A stretch of 64,000 bases of DNA from Bdellovibrionales bacterium (GTDB lineage Bacteria; Bdellovibrionota; Bdellovibrionia; Bdellovibrionales; JAUICD01): assembly GCA_965262715.1 (NCBI GenBank), contig OZ253553.1:2176001-2240000 (forward strand). Reading direction: 5' to 3'. A program made the translations under genes and the position numbers. Below the pieces are notes generated by a model that saw only the letters and a list, made by a program, of their open reading frames with translations, was not told where the DNA came from and ran no database searches. Positions 1 to 9,851 of the stretch are shown here, piece by piece (position 1 is the first letter of the stretch; every line of letters starts with the position of its first letter).

Positions 1-1356
1 CATACTTGATCTGCTCATGAGAGTTTTTAAATATTTTTGAGGCTGATTCACCAGGTGAGAGCTTAAGGTGAATCTCTGCACAGAAGTTGAAGGAAGTTCA
101 AATTTATAATCTCTAAACAAAGTTTCCAAAACAGTTGCAAGACCTCTCGCTCCTGTTTTCTCTGTAAAGGCCTTCTTTGCAATCTCTTTTAAACCAGAAT
201 CTTCAAAACAAAATTGAATATTATAACTTTTAAAAGCTTGTCGATATTGTTTTAAAATAGACCCTTCAGAATATTTAAGAATATCAAATAGATCTTTTTC
301 TGAAAGTTCATGACAACTTACACGTACAGGAAGCCGACCAACAAACTCTGGCTCAAAACCAAACTCAATCAGATCTTCTGTAGCTACTTGAGTTAGATAT
401 TCTGAATCTGTCTTTTCATTTTTAAGTTCACCACCTAATCCTAATGCGCCTCTACTCACTCTTTGTGCAATAATGTCTCTTAAACCTGTAAACGCGCCAC
501 TTACAATAAACAAAATATGTTTTGTATTGATGATTTCCCTATCGACCTTGCCTTTTGACTGCATATCTGAAAATGCCTTAATTTGAGACATGATATCATT
601 AGCCCCTCTTAAATCAACTTCTGTTTCTTCCATAAGCTTCAATAAACCAAACTGAACACCTCGACCTGTAATGTCTTTGCCTCTTATGTTATTAGAAGAG
701 GCTAATTTATCAGCTTCATCCAAATAAATAATACCATACTGAGCAAGTTCCACCTGACCGTTTGCTTGAGATACTAAGTCTCTAATAAGATCATCAACAT
801 TTGCTCCAACATAACCTGTTTCACTAAATCGAGTGGCATCTGCTTTAACAAAAGGCACTCCAATTAATTTGGCCATTTCTCTGACCAAATAGGTTTTACC
901 AACTCCTGTTGGTCCTAACATCAATACATTTTGTTTAGCATAATTAAAGTCATCTTTTTGCTTATTGTGTATACAATCCAAAACATGATTGTAATGATCG
1001 CAAATAGCAATAGACAAAGCCTTTTTAGCTTCTGTCTGGTGTATTATGTTCTTATCAAGATGAACTTTAACTTGTTTTGGAGTATAATCAAACTTGATTT
1101 TTTTTAAAGGAGATTCTTCCTCCTCCTCATGGTCACCTTTTCTAGTTGTTCTTGCCTTACTCACACTACGAGGAACTGCCACTTCTGTATGAAACTGTAC
1201 AGACTGCCCAAACTTTTCTCTGATGACTTTTTCAAACTCTTTACGAATTTCTTCTGGAGATGGAATCTTGTTGGATACCTTATCTGCATCAGTTTTATTA
1301 GACTTTACATCCTTCACTTTTTTAATTATATTCTTTATTAGGTCTATTTTTGCCAC
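1..1356 (-). CDS. ClpX-like AAA+ ATPase (3' end runs off the window; no N-terminal zinc-binding domain)
   Basis: Manual translation from GTG at 1356 (RBS GGAGG upstream): KQNVLMLGPTGVGKT (Walker A), ADATRFSETGYVG, GIIYLDEADK (Walker B), PEFVGRLPV, KTGARGL. Absent from the ORF track because it is open at the edge. Confidence 0.88.
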   Translation of the reverse strand, partial: MAKIDLIKNIIKKVKDVKSNKTDADKVSNKIPSPEEIRKEFEKVIREKFGQSVQFHTEVAVPRSVSKARTTRKGDHEEEEESPLKKIKFDYTPKQVKVHLDKNIIHQTEAKKALSIAICDHYNHVLDCIHNKQKDDFNYAKQNVLMLGPTGVGKTYLVREMAKLIGVPFVKADATRFSETGYVGANVDDLIRDLVSQANGQVELAQYGIIYLDEADKLASSNNIRGKDITGRGVQFGLLKLMEETEVDLRGANDIMSQIKAFSDMQSKGKVDREIINTKHILFIVSGAFTGLRDIIAQRVSRGALGLGGELKNEKTDSEYLTQVATEDLIEFGFEPEFVGRLPVRVSCHELSEKDLFDILKYSEGSILKQYRQAFKSYNIQFCFEDSGLKEIAKKAFTEKTGARGLATVLETLFRDYKFELPSTSVQRFTLSSHLVNQPQKYLKTLMSRSSM

Positions 1357-1585
1357 TAGATAACCTCCTTATCCACCTAACTTTAAAGCCTTAAAGTTAA
1401 TCAATGAAGTATAACAAAATCACAAATAAATCAAGATTCAAAACGTATACTTAAAATATTTACCTTATTTCATAGAATTCTTGTAATATATTTAGGATAA
1501 CATTTTAGCTTTATGATCATTTTTTCACGGTTTTTATATTTTACCATAAAAACACAATAACATCATAGAACAAGTAATAGAAAGT

Positions 1586-1999
1586 TTAAGAAGATGAAGA
1601 ATCTGTACGTGCTAACTCAAATGGGATACGAGCAGCCTTGCCTCTTAAATTACGAATATAATACAAACGAGAGCGCCTAACACGACCATAAGAAATGACC
1701 TTTACCTTCTCAATGGCAGGACTATTAAAAGGAAACGTACGCTCCACCCCTATTCCGTTTGCAATTTTTCTGACAGTAAAAGATCGTCCAGCACCAAAAC
1801 CTTGTATTTTCAAAACTAGACCTTTAAATACCTGGGTCCTCTCCTTTTCTCCTTCTTTGATGCGAGCATAAACCTCAATAGTATCACCTGTTTTAAACTG
1901 CGCATTTACGCTGCTTTTATTATAGTCTTGTGTCGCAGATTGCACCAAATCTTCGAAAATAACATCTTCCTTACTGTCTATACTGAGTTTGTTAGTCAT
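1586..1999 (-). CDS. rplS: 50S ribosomal protein L19
   Basis: FKTGDTIEVYARIKEGEKERTQVFKG...GVERTFP...RVRRSRLYYIR. Likely start is ATG 1999, after an AGGAG RBS; the ORF track extends to 2062. Confidence 0.96.
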   Translation of the reverse strand: MTNKLSIDSKEDVIFEDLVQSATQDYNKSSVNAQFKTGDTIEVYARIKEGEKERTQVFKGLVLKIQGFGAGRSFTVRKIANGIGVERTFPFNSPAIEKVKVISYGRVRRSRLYYIRNLRGKAARIPFELARTDSSSS

Positions 2000-2112
2000 T
2001 TCAAACTTCTCTCTCCTACTATATCCGCAAATTATACTCCTAAAAGTATATAGTCTATACAATAAGAAGTAAAGAAGTCTCTTATAATTTTAATATTATA
2101 TAACTTTATAGA

Positions 2113-3327
2113 TCATTGACTTTGAGCTTTGCTTTTAAATTTCCCCAGATCTTCCCTAGAATTATCTGGAGCTAACAAATCAAAAGACTCGTTAAGCTGC
2201 TGATCAGTAAAATCTAACTGAAACCGCACAGGAAGCTCATAAATAAAAGCATAACCCAATGATTTCAACCGAAGTGTACTAGCTCCTTGGCGAGCTGCGT
2301 CATCTAGCCGTCTAGAGCCTGTAGATTTGAGCACTTCTATTTTTCGAGGTTGCCCATTTTTATCAAAAAACATCCTTAAAATACCTGTACCTTCCTCTTT
2401 TAAACGACGACTGGCTTCAGGGTATTTAAAGCTTGTAGGTCTTATCACATGCATCTGATTCACTCGATAGGTTGGACTATCTTTTTTGTTTTTTAAGCCA
2501 ACAGCAGGTTTTGAGGTTTGCTGCTTTTGAACAGATGCTACATTTCCTGCATTAGCGGATGCTGCTCCAGATGAGTCTGCTCCAGATGAGTCTGCTCCAG
2601 ATGAGTCTGCTCCAGACGAGTCTGTATTTGAACTTTGTTCACTGACTACATTAGAGTTGTTCCCAGCTTGCGCCTCAGACTGCTCTGCTATATCTGTTAC
2701 TTTTTTTAACTCCTGTATCGCAGCAGATCCAGACTTATTCCCACTTGCAACACTACCTTCTTCTCCACTAGATCTTTCTACTTCAGATGCCACCGCTTCA
2801 GCATTGTCATCAACAACAATTTTAGAATCTTCATCAGAAACAGCAACATCAGGTCCTTTATCAGAAGACTCTGTACCAGACGAGTCTGTACCAGGCGAGC
2901 CTGTACCAGAAGAGTCTGTATCTAAAGGAGCCTCTGGTAAACCAGATAATACCCCTTCTTCGTCTGTGCCAGATGAGTTTGTGTCAGATAAGTCTGTGTC
3001 AGATGAGTCTTTTTGTGGTGCTGCATTTTTTTGAGACAATGCTCCACTTTCAACACGAGGTGTCTCAACACGAGGTGTCTCAACACGAGGTTTCTCAACA
3101 CGAGGTGTTTCGACACGTTGCTTTTTTCGAGCTATGCGTTTTTTTGGCGCCGGAGGTTCTTTATATTCTGTTTGTTGATCTATTTCATCCTGACCAATAA
3201 TTTCAATAGATTCTATATTTTGCTCATTATCATTTGTTTTTACAATAACATAAGCAATTAGCCCATGTACAATAACTGATAATATAACAAAAGTCATAAT
3301 TGCTCTATTTGTATTTTTATGATCCAT
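2113..3327 (-). CDS. tonB: TonB-family energy transducer with long low-complexity linker
   Basis: N-terminal TM helix with SVIVHG; C-terminal YPEASRRLKEEG...VLKSTGSRRLDDAA TonB_C pattern; VETPR and SSG(T/A)D pentapeptide repeats. Confidence 0.85.
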   Translation of the reverse strand: MDHKNTNRAIMTFVILSVIVHGLIAYVIVKTNDNEQNIESIEIIGQDEIDQQTEYKEPPAPKKRIARKKQRVETPRVEKPRVETPRVETPRVESGALSQKNAAPQKDSSDTDLSDTNSSGTDEEGVLSGLPEAPLDTDSSGTGSPGTDSSGTESSDKGPDVAVSDEDSKIVVDDNAEAVASEVERSSGEEGSVASGNKSGSAAIQELKKVTDIAEQSEAQAGNNSNVVSEQSSNTDSSGADSSGADSSGADSSGAASANAGNVASVQKQQTSKPAVGLKNKKDSPTYRVNQMHVIRPTSFKYPEASRRLKEEGTGILRMFFDKNGQPRKIEVLKSTGSRRLDDAARQGASTLRLKSLGYAFIYELPVRFQLDFTDQQLNESFDLLAPDNSREDLGKFKSKAQSQ

Positions 3328-3513
3328 AACCCATTCCCTTCATTACATAAAAAGCAAGATAATAGAGTTTCCGCTTTTATTTCAATAAGCTATCGGTTAT
3401 TTTATTAAGACACTAGAAATTTTTTCGCCTTCTACTCTTTATTTTTTATTTAAATTTAAGAGATGCTAAAATACCGTTTAGAAATGTCGAGATTGAAGAT
3501 AGTTTCTTCAAAA

Positions 3514-4239
3514 TTAAGATAAAACCAAAAATTTATCTCCATTTAATGGATTATCACTTATTTGAGTTATGCACTGGAAGACTTCTCTAAATTTACCACT
3601 TTCTAAGGTTTCTACAAGTGGATTTTTTTGAAACGGTGAAGGTAAAATCCATGCAAAAGCTTCTTTAAAACTTAAAGTCCAATTAAAATTATGAGTAGTG
3701 ATTAAAAAGGAACACCCTTGTAAAGACATTTCTTTTAATATCACTTGTAAAACTTTTTGAAAAGGCCAATCTAAGTGAACTAAAGGCTCATCTAATAAAA
3801 ATGTTTCACAATTCATACTCAAAGTAGCCACTAACCAAACACGTTTATACTCACCAGAGGAAATTTGCGCAATACACTTATTATTAAGATGATCTGTTTG
3901 TAAAAGTTTTTCGTTTTTTCTTACCAAATTTTTATCACAATCTAAAATGTCATAGACATCATTCACCATGAGGTCACCATCTAAATAAGGCGTAGCAGGA
4001 AGATAAAAAATAGACTTACCTAATACAGACTTGTCTGACAACTGAATATTTCCTTTTGTTGGACTTAAAACACCAGCAATCAAATTCAGCAGTGTGGTTT
4101 TACCACTACCATTTCTACCAAAAACGAATCCTATTTCTCCTTTTTCAAGCTCTAAGTGAACATCTTTTAAAATAATTTTATTTTTAATAGCGTATGATAA
4201 GGACTCAACTCGCATACTTATATCTCCTAAACAATACAA
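3514..4239 (-). CDS. ABC transporter ATP-binding subunit (BtuD/FepC-like)
   Basis: GRNGSGKT Walker A, ISSGE signature, LLDEP Walker B, H-loop TTH; overlaps the permease. Confidence 0.88.
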   Translation of the reverse strand: MYCLGDISMRVESLSYAIKNKIILKDVHLELEKGEIGFVFGRNGSGKTTLLNLIAGVLSPTKGNIQLSDKSVLGKSIFYLPATPYLDGDLMVNDVYDILDCDKNLVRKNEKLLQTDHLNNKCIAQISSGEYKRVWLVATLSMNCETFLLDEPLVHLDWPFQKVLQVILKEMSLQGCSFLITTHNFNWTLSFKEAFAWILPSPFQKNPLVETLESGKFREVFQCITQISDNPLNGDKFLVLS

Positions 4240-5251
4240 AAATAAAAAAAGGCGCTCCGATGATTGCCGTGATACTTCCTGTAGGTATATCTAATGTGCC
4301 TCCAATGATTCTACCTAAAATATCAGCACTTAAGAAAAATAAAGCTCCTAAAAGAGAAGAATATAAAAGGCCTACTTTATGACGTGATGTTTTTAAAATT
4401 AACCGGCAAATATGCGGAGAAAGTAAACCCACAAAACCAATAAGTCCACATATAGATACAGATATAGATGTGAGTAGGGAAACTATAAGTATAAGATTTC
4501 TCTCAAAGCTTTTTTGGGTTGGATTTAAGGATTTTACAGTTTTTTCATCAATCAAAAACATATCCAATTTTTTAGCAGATTTTAAACTCCAAAATAAACA
4601 AAATAAAAAAGCCAAACAGCTTAAATACCAATATTGATCTCTCTCTGTCCCACACTGTCCAATCATCCAAAAGAGAGCTGTTTGCAATTTTTGAGGTTCC
4701 ATAAAGCTAACAGTCAAAGTGACAATAGATCCACAAAGAAAAGAAATCATAACACCTAATAAAATGAGGTTATGTTTTTGTTTAAAAGTAAATATTTTGC
4801 GAAATTGCAAAATCAGAAATGTAACAAACCAACAGCCCACAAAAGACCCAAAAAACAAAAACTGCCAGCTCATCGATAAAAACAAAATAGATCCTAAACT
4901 TGATCCACCAGAAAGTCCTAAAGTATAAGGTTCTGCAAGAGGATTTTTTAAAAAAGATTGTAAAAGCAGGCCCGACAAGGCTAAGCTAGCACCTACAAAA
5001 ATACAAACAAGAGTTCTTGTCAATCTAAGGTCAAAAAGAATCATTTGATCTGTAAGAGTTAATTTCTGACTGAAAATATCAAAGACACTCACACTGCTTG
5101 CACCTGTATTCAAAGAAACAATGAATAACAAAAAAAAGAGACCAATAAATAAATAGCTATAGTACTTCATAGAAACCTTTTTAATAAATGCTTGATGATC
5201 ACTACGTGTAACAAATTTTGTCGACAATGACAATTTAGGTCTTGATTCCAA
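4205..5251 (-). CDS. FecCD/BtuC-family ABC permease
   Basis: DLRLTR, GASLALSGLLLQSFLKNPLAEPYTLG, GLIGFVGLLSPH, IGAPFF motifs. Confidence 0.93.
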   Translation of the reverse strand: MESRPKLSLSTKFVTRSDHQAFIKKVSMKYYSYLFIGLFFLLFIVSLNTGASSVSVFDIFSQKLTLTDQMILFDLRLTRTLVCIFVGASLALSGLLLQSFLKNPLAEPYTLGLSGGSSLGSILFLSMSWQFLFFGSFVGCWFVTFLILQFRKIFTFKQKHNLILLGVMISFLCGSIVTLTVSFMEPQKLQTALFWMIGQCGTERDQYWYLSCLAFLFCLFWSLKSAKKLDMFLIDEKTVKSLNPTQKSFERNLILIVSLLTSISVSICGLIGFVGLLSPHICRLILKTSRHKVGLLYSSLLGALFFLSADILGRIIGGTLDIPTGSITAIIGAPFFIFVLFRRYKYAS

Positions 5252-5335
5252 GTTGAATTCCTAGAATCATATATATTAAACTATAAACTTTGACTCGAAT
5301 TTCACTTATTCCTTAAAATTTTAAAAGGTTCTATC

Positions 5336-6334
5336 ATGCTTACGCATTTATCAAAATCAAATAGAGTCTATTATCTGCTATTGGCCTGTTTTTTATTAAG
5401 CTTTATACAATCAAATCTAGGAATATCTGGTCAACAATGGAATCAAGAAACCACTTTACAGTACCTTAACTCACACGGCATTAAACCTGATAACACAAAT
5501 AAATACACTATAAACAATCTTTATCAATTCATAGGTGAAAGTTTAGATGTATTTGATCGTATTGCACAACTTGAAACAGATCCCGAGTTTTTACCTTATA
5601 TTGAAAAATATAACACTTTAAAGATTCAACAAACAGGTCAACCTATTAACCCTCATGTTAAAATAGTTTTTAGCAGAAGCACACTCAGAAATCTTGATTA
5701 TCAATACTTTAATACAACAGCATTTTGCAGTAAATTTACTCGTATTATTTTTATAGATCGCAGTTCTTGGAACTATTATTCTGAAATTTTTAGAGAATTT
5801 CTTATATTTCATGAACTAGGACATTGTGATCTAAATAAAGATCACACAGAAGATTTTACTATTATGAATAACTCTTATCTATTTAATAGGTTATTTATAC
5901 CATATCTTCTATTATCGCCAGATCATCAAATGGATAGCGATGAAAAAGCAGCAATCATTATGGACAATTATCAAACCCGCTTTAACTCAAATTTATATAG
6001 AACATTTGAAACATTAAAAGCAGAGTTGTTTTCTGAAACTAATGATCCAATATATATTGTTTCACTTTTAGTATCTTTAACCCTTAGTCTTCCTTATCTC
6101 GAAATGGGTGTATTCACATTTGAACAAAGATTAACTACAAACAATTGGATAATAAATCAGGTATTGAAAAAACTAGAACTTTCTGAGCAAGAAATTCAAG
6201 AACAGACTGAACTTGCAAATATAGAATATTCAGATAATATAATATACACCCTACAACAAGGTAGAAATAGCCAGAATACACAGCGTATCGATGAAGTGAT
6301 AGAAATTATAAGAGAAGCACAAGAAAATAAATAA
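5336..6334 (+). CDS. Putative secreted zinc metallopeptidase
   Basis: Signal-like N-terminus; IFHELGHCDLNKDH...IMN (HExxH, third His, Met-turn-like). Confidence 0.65.
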   Translation: MLTHLSKSNRVYYLLLACFLLSFIQSNLGISGQQWNQETTLQYLNSHGIKPDNTNKYTINNLYQFIGESLDVFDRIAQLETDPEFLPYIEKYNTLKIQQTGQPINPHVKIVFSRSTLRNLDYQYFNTTAFCSKFTRIIFIDRSSWNYYSEIFREFLIFHELGHCDLNKDHTEDFTIMNNSYLFNRLFIPYLLLSPDHQMDSDEKAAIIMDNYQTRFNSNLYRTFETLKAELFSETNDPIYIVSLLVSLTLSLPYLEMGVFTFEQRLTTNNWIINQVLKKLELSEQEIQEQTELANIEYSDNIIYTLQQGRNSQNTQRIDEVIEIIREAQENK

Positions 6335-6499
6335 TCTTGTGCATATAATACATACTTCTATAAAAATTTATTGCGCATGTGTTATTTCATAATAAATTGT
6401 TACCGAAAATTTTGAGATAAGAGATAAGTTATTGCTTTTTTATTTTTGTTCTGCTATAAGGTCTTCTTATAGTTTTTTAACCTGTCAGGCAGGAGTGTA

Positions 6500-8902
6500 A
6501 TGAAAGCAAGGAAAAAACAAAGAAAATGTAAATTAATATCTGTATTTTCAATATGCAATTTATTAAGCTGCTTTATCATTTCATTCGTGATTAACTCTGC
6601 AAAAGCTGCAGAGTTACATAGATCAAGTATTCAACAGGAACCCACATATACCAGTTGCAAATGGGCTTTATCAAGCCCTCAATTAGAGAGTTTTAATAGG
6701 GTTATTCTTCAATTGTCATCAGTTTTAGATATATTGTCAAATCGTATAACTGTGACTAATACAACGCAGGACTCTATTGAAAAGATTCGTGGTATGATTA
6801 TAAGATGGATGTCTGGGGACCGTGTATTTCCTGTAGAAAATCTGCTACAAATTGCTTACTTTTTGGATATTGAACCTGCTGTATTGTTAAGCGCACAAGA
6901 TTTGCAAACCAAAGTTAATATTGATGAATTGACTCAAAGATCTTTTATGCCAGATACACTTCTACAAAGTCATCTAAGATATATCAATCAAGCTCTTAGG
7001 GAACACATTGCAGATTTTACTTTTCAATTTTCTTTACAATTTGAAGACCCTAACTTTAGCTTATCAGATTTAGCAATTACTATAGGAGTTCCAATTGAGG
7101 ATTTAAATCAGATTAACTCTTCACATTTTGTTCCTCACTACTTACAAATGGCACAAATACTTAATACTGGTAACAATAATGATATAAAGGTTAGTGTTGT
7201 TGATTTTTTTAGAAAAAAAGAAGAAACCTTTGGAAATCTAGGCACATTTTATCAAGTGTTGTTACAGTTAGAACAAATTTTAAAGAGCATGAATAAAGCT
7301 CCTACAACAACCGAATCCATCACACGAAGAAAAAACATATTTATTTATTATTCTTTTATCTGGAAATTGAGAAATGGACAAACCAATTTTCGAATGGGAA
7401 CTATTTTACAACTTGCCTATCTTTTAAAACTGCGACCTTCTGTACTGTTAAGTTCAAATGATTGGATATCTACAATAGATCCATCAGTCCCAGGGCATTT
7501 TCTGTCAAACACTCAATTGCAACAATTATTGAACCTTATCAATTCTCATTTAAAAAAGAAAATAGCAAATAACAATTTGGATATATCTATATCTCATAAG
7601 AATTTCAAAAATATTATGCATTTTAATAAGGTGCCTAATTATCATTTATTAGAAGAGGTTCTAACCCAATTAAATACTTCTATTGAGGAATTTTTCCAAG
7701 AAATTGAAGATTCCGATGAGTTTCGTACTATTTTTGACGAAAGTTCAAAAGAAGAAAGAAGCTCTTATATTCGTCAACCGCTCACTACAGAAGAAAAAAG
7801 TGCTTCAAAAAGTATGGCGGAATATCTTATCAGTATTATAGATCAAAATTCATCTACCCCAGCTTATAAAATAATTAAATCTATAGGTTTTGCCAACAGG
7901 AAGATATTAAGCGAAAACCATACTAGTTTTCGTGTTTCATCTTTAATTGCAACACATTACGTGATGAGATATTCTATTTCAGATATTATAAGTAAAAGAC
8001 AATTAACAGAAGAGCAGCTTGCTCAACTGCCTGAAATCAGATTAACAAGAGATCTAGCTAGAAAAGAATATATTGATAAGGCGCTAAGTGCTTTAATTTA
8101 TCTTATCAAACGTCAAATGCAACATATAGGATTATCCATTCGTTCATTATCCTTAAAAAGTGGAGTTTTGGTAGCAACTATTTATACATTTTTTCAACGA
8201 GGAAATTCTATATTTTACCTTAATTTATTAAAAATAGTAGAAAATGGATTTGAAATACCATTAGAAGATTTTTTGGCTGGTGATAATATGATGTATCTTA
8301 GCCTCGAGGAACTTATAGAACAATTTGATTCATTGAATCTTGATTTAGATATTCAGATTGATTATGTAAATGATAATGATGTAGATAGTCAAATATATGA
8401 CACTTATGTAACACATTTTAAAAATCGATTGATAGAAATACTCAAAGCAATTGATGCTGCATCTCTTTCAGAAGCTTATTTAAAGCAAATCCTGGGGTTT
8501 CAGTATCGCACTTGGAAGCTCACTCCTTTAAAGAAGATTTCGAGTTTACTAAGAATTGCTCATTTGTTTAACGTTGATTTAGCTACACTTTTATTCCATC
8601 ATAAAGATTTGTCATCTTTAAGGCCTGTGAATCTAGAACGCCTTCCTGATGGGGTCATTCAAAATAGCTTGAATATTTTGGCTCAAAATATTCAAAACGA
8701 GATGGACACACGTCATCTTACTTTACGTGATTTGCACTTAAGATCAGGTGCAAATGGATTGAGACAACTAGAAGCTATTTTGAATGGACAGATGACAGTC
8801 ACTTACTCTCAATTAATAACTATTTGTCAAGGACTCCTTGAGCCAGGTGAAGACCCTTTTGCATTGTTGCAACGTCTTTTAAATGGGGTTTCTACACTTT
8901 AA
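6500..8902 (+). CDS. Signal-peptide protein with about 8 XRE/Cro-like HTH modules
   Basis: Basic n-region, hydrophobic core and AKA-A site; repeated segments such as LLQIAYFLDIEPAVLL, ILQLAYLLKLRPSVLL, LSIRSLSLKSGV, LLRIAHLFNVDLATLL, LTLRDLHLRSG. Confidence 0.6.
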   Translation: MKARKKQRKCKLISVFSICNLLSCFIISFVINSAKAAELHRSSIQQEPTYTSCKWALSSPQLESFNRVILQLSSVLDILSNRITVTNTTQDSIEKIRGMIIRWMSGDRVFPVENLLQIAYFLDIEPAVLLSAQDLQTKVNIDELTQRSFMPDTLLQSHLRYINQALREHIADFTFQFSLQFEDPNFSLSDLAITIGVPIEDLNQINSSHFVPHYLQMAQILNTGNNNDIKVSVVDFFRKKEETFGNLGTFYQVLLQLEQILKSMNKAPTTTESITRRKNIFIYYSFIWKLRNGQTNFRMGTILQLAYLLKLRPSVLLSSNDWISTIDPSVPGHFLSNTQLQQLLNLINSHLKKKIANNNLDISISHKNFKNIMHFNKVPNYHLLEEVLTQLNTSIEEFFQEIEDSDEFRTIFDESSKEERSSYIRQPLTTEEKSASKSMAEYLISIIDQNSSTPAYKIIKSIGFANRKILSENHTSFRVSSLIATHYVMRYSISDIISKRQLTEEQLAQLPEIRLTRDLARKEYIDKALSALIYLIKRQMQHIGLSIRSLSLKSGVLVATIYTFFQRGNSIFYLNLLKIVENGFEIPLEDFLAGDNMMYLSLEELIEQFDSLNLDLDIQIDYVNDNDVDSQIYDTYVTHFKNRLIEILKAIDAASLSEAYLKQILGFQYRTWKLTPLKKISSLLRIAHLFNVDLATLLFHHKDLSSLRPVNLERLPDGVIQNSLNILAQNIQNEMDTRHLTLRDLHLRSGANGLRQLEAILNGQMTVTYSQLITICQGLLEPGEDPFALLQRLLNGVSTL

Positions 8903-9011
8903 ATGGATATTATAGTAAGTATATGTTTACTGACTTCAGGCTTGTGTAAGTAGAAATTCTTTTACTCAACTGTAACAATTTATTCTGAAGTCACAAAACA
9001 TCAACTAAAAA

Positions 9012-9839
9012 TTAAGATATTATTTTTCTACAAACTTGAGTACCTATATTAGATAAACGAAATGTGAGACGACCTATTCCACTAGGATCAAAAAACTTCA
9101 CTTGTATATTTTTCAAAAGAGGATATGACTTCCAATAGTCAATAACTTTCGATTTTGTCATCATTTTATCTAAGTGTTTAAACGTTAAAATTTTATCTGG
9201 TTTTAAACTGGCCAAAACTTCTCTTGAAACTTTTTGATAACCTTTTTCTTGAAAAACATTAAAAGCTCCACACTTTTCAACTACTTCATTAAGATGTGTC
9301 TCTTTTCCTGCAAGGATTAATGGATTTTGATCAACTTGAATGATCACCTCAATGCGGTTTTTTAAAGTAGGTATTTTTGCCCAATTATTGTCCCATTTTC
9401 TAATAAGACTTTTCCCACGAGATTCAACATCAAATACTTTAGATAAAGTTCTTATGTTCTCTTCAAAATCTAAAAGTGACTTTGTGTTCAAAACAATAAG
9501 TGGTATTTTTGCTTTCTTTAAAGTGGATGAAATAGTATCCACTCCTTCACTCGCAGCTATTACCAGTGTGGGTTTGAGTGCTAAGATCATCTCTAGGCTA
9601 GGTCTTTGATAAGGACCAATACGCTTGATTTTTAAAGCCTCTCTTGGATAATCAGAATACTGGGTTGTCCCTACAATAAAATGTCCTAATTGCAAATCAA
9701 AAAGCATTTCAGTTGTTGCTGGAGATAAACTCACAATCCGAACATCTTGCTTTACACTAGAAGATTTCTCAACAGCAAATACAATTTTTGCTACAATAAT
9801 AAATCCTAGAAAACTTATAAAAATGATATTTTTCAACAT
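9012..9839 (-). CDS. Periplasmic cobalamin/iron-chelate binding protein (BtuF-like)
   Basis: RIVSLSPATTEMLFDL...VGTTQYSDYP...PSLEMILALKPTLVI. Confidence 0.9.
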   Translation of the reverse strand: MLKNIIFISFLGFIIVAKIVFAVEKSSSVKQDVRIVSLSPATTEMLFDLQLGHFIVGTTQYSDYPREALKIKRIGPYQRPSLEMILALKPTLVIAASEGVDTISSTLKKAKIPLIVLNTKSLLDFEENIRTLSKVFDVESRGKSLIRKWDNNWAKIPTLKNRIEVIIQVDQNPLILAGKETHLNEVVEKCGAFNVFQEKGYQKVSREVLASLKPDKILTFKHLDKMMTKSKVIDYWKSYPLLKNIQVKFFDPSGIGRLTFRLSNIGTQVCRKIIS

Positions 9840-9851
9840 AGATCAAACAAA

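Noticed and set aside
2657..3261. Several repetitive ORFs overlapping tonB
   Set aside because: Alternative-frame products of the 15-nt tandem repeats.
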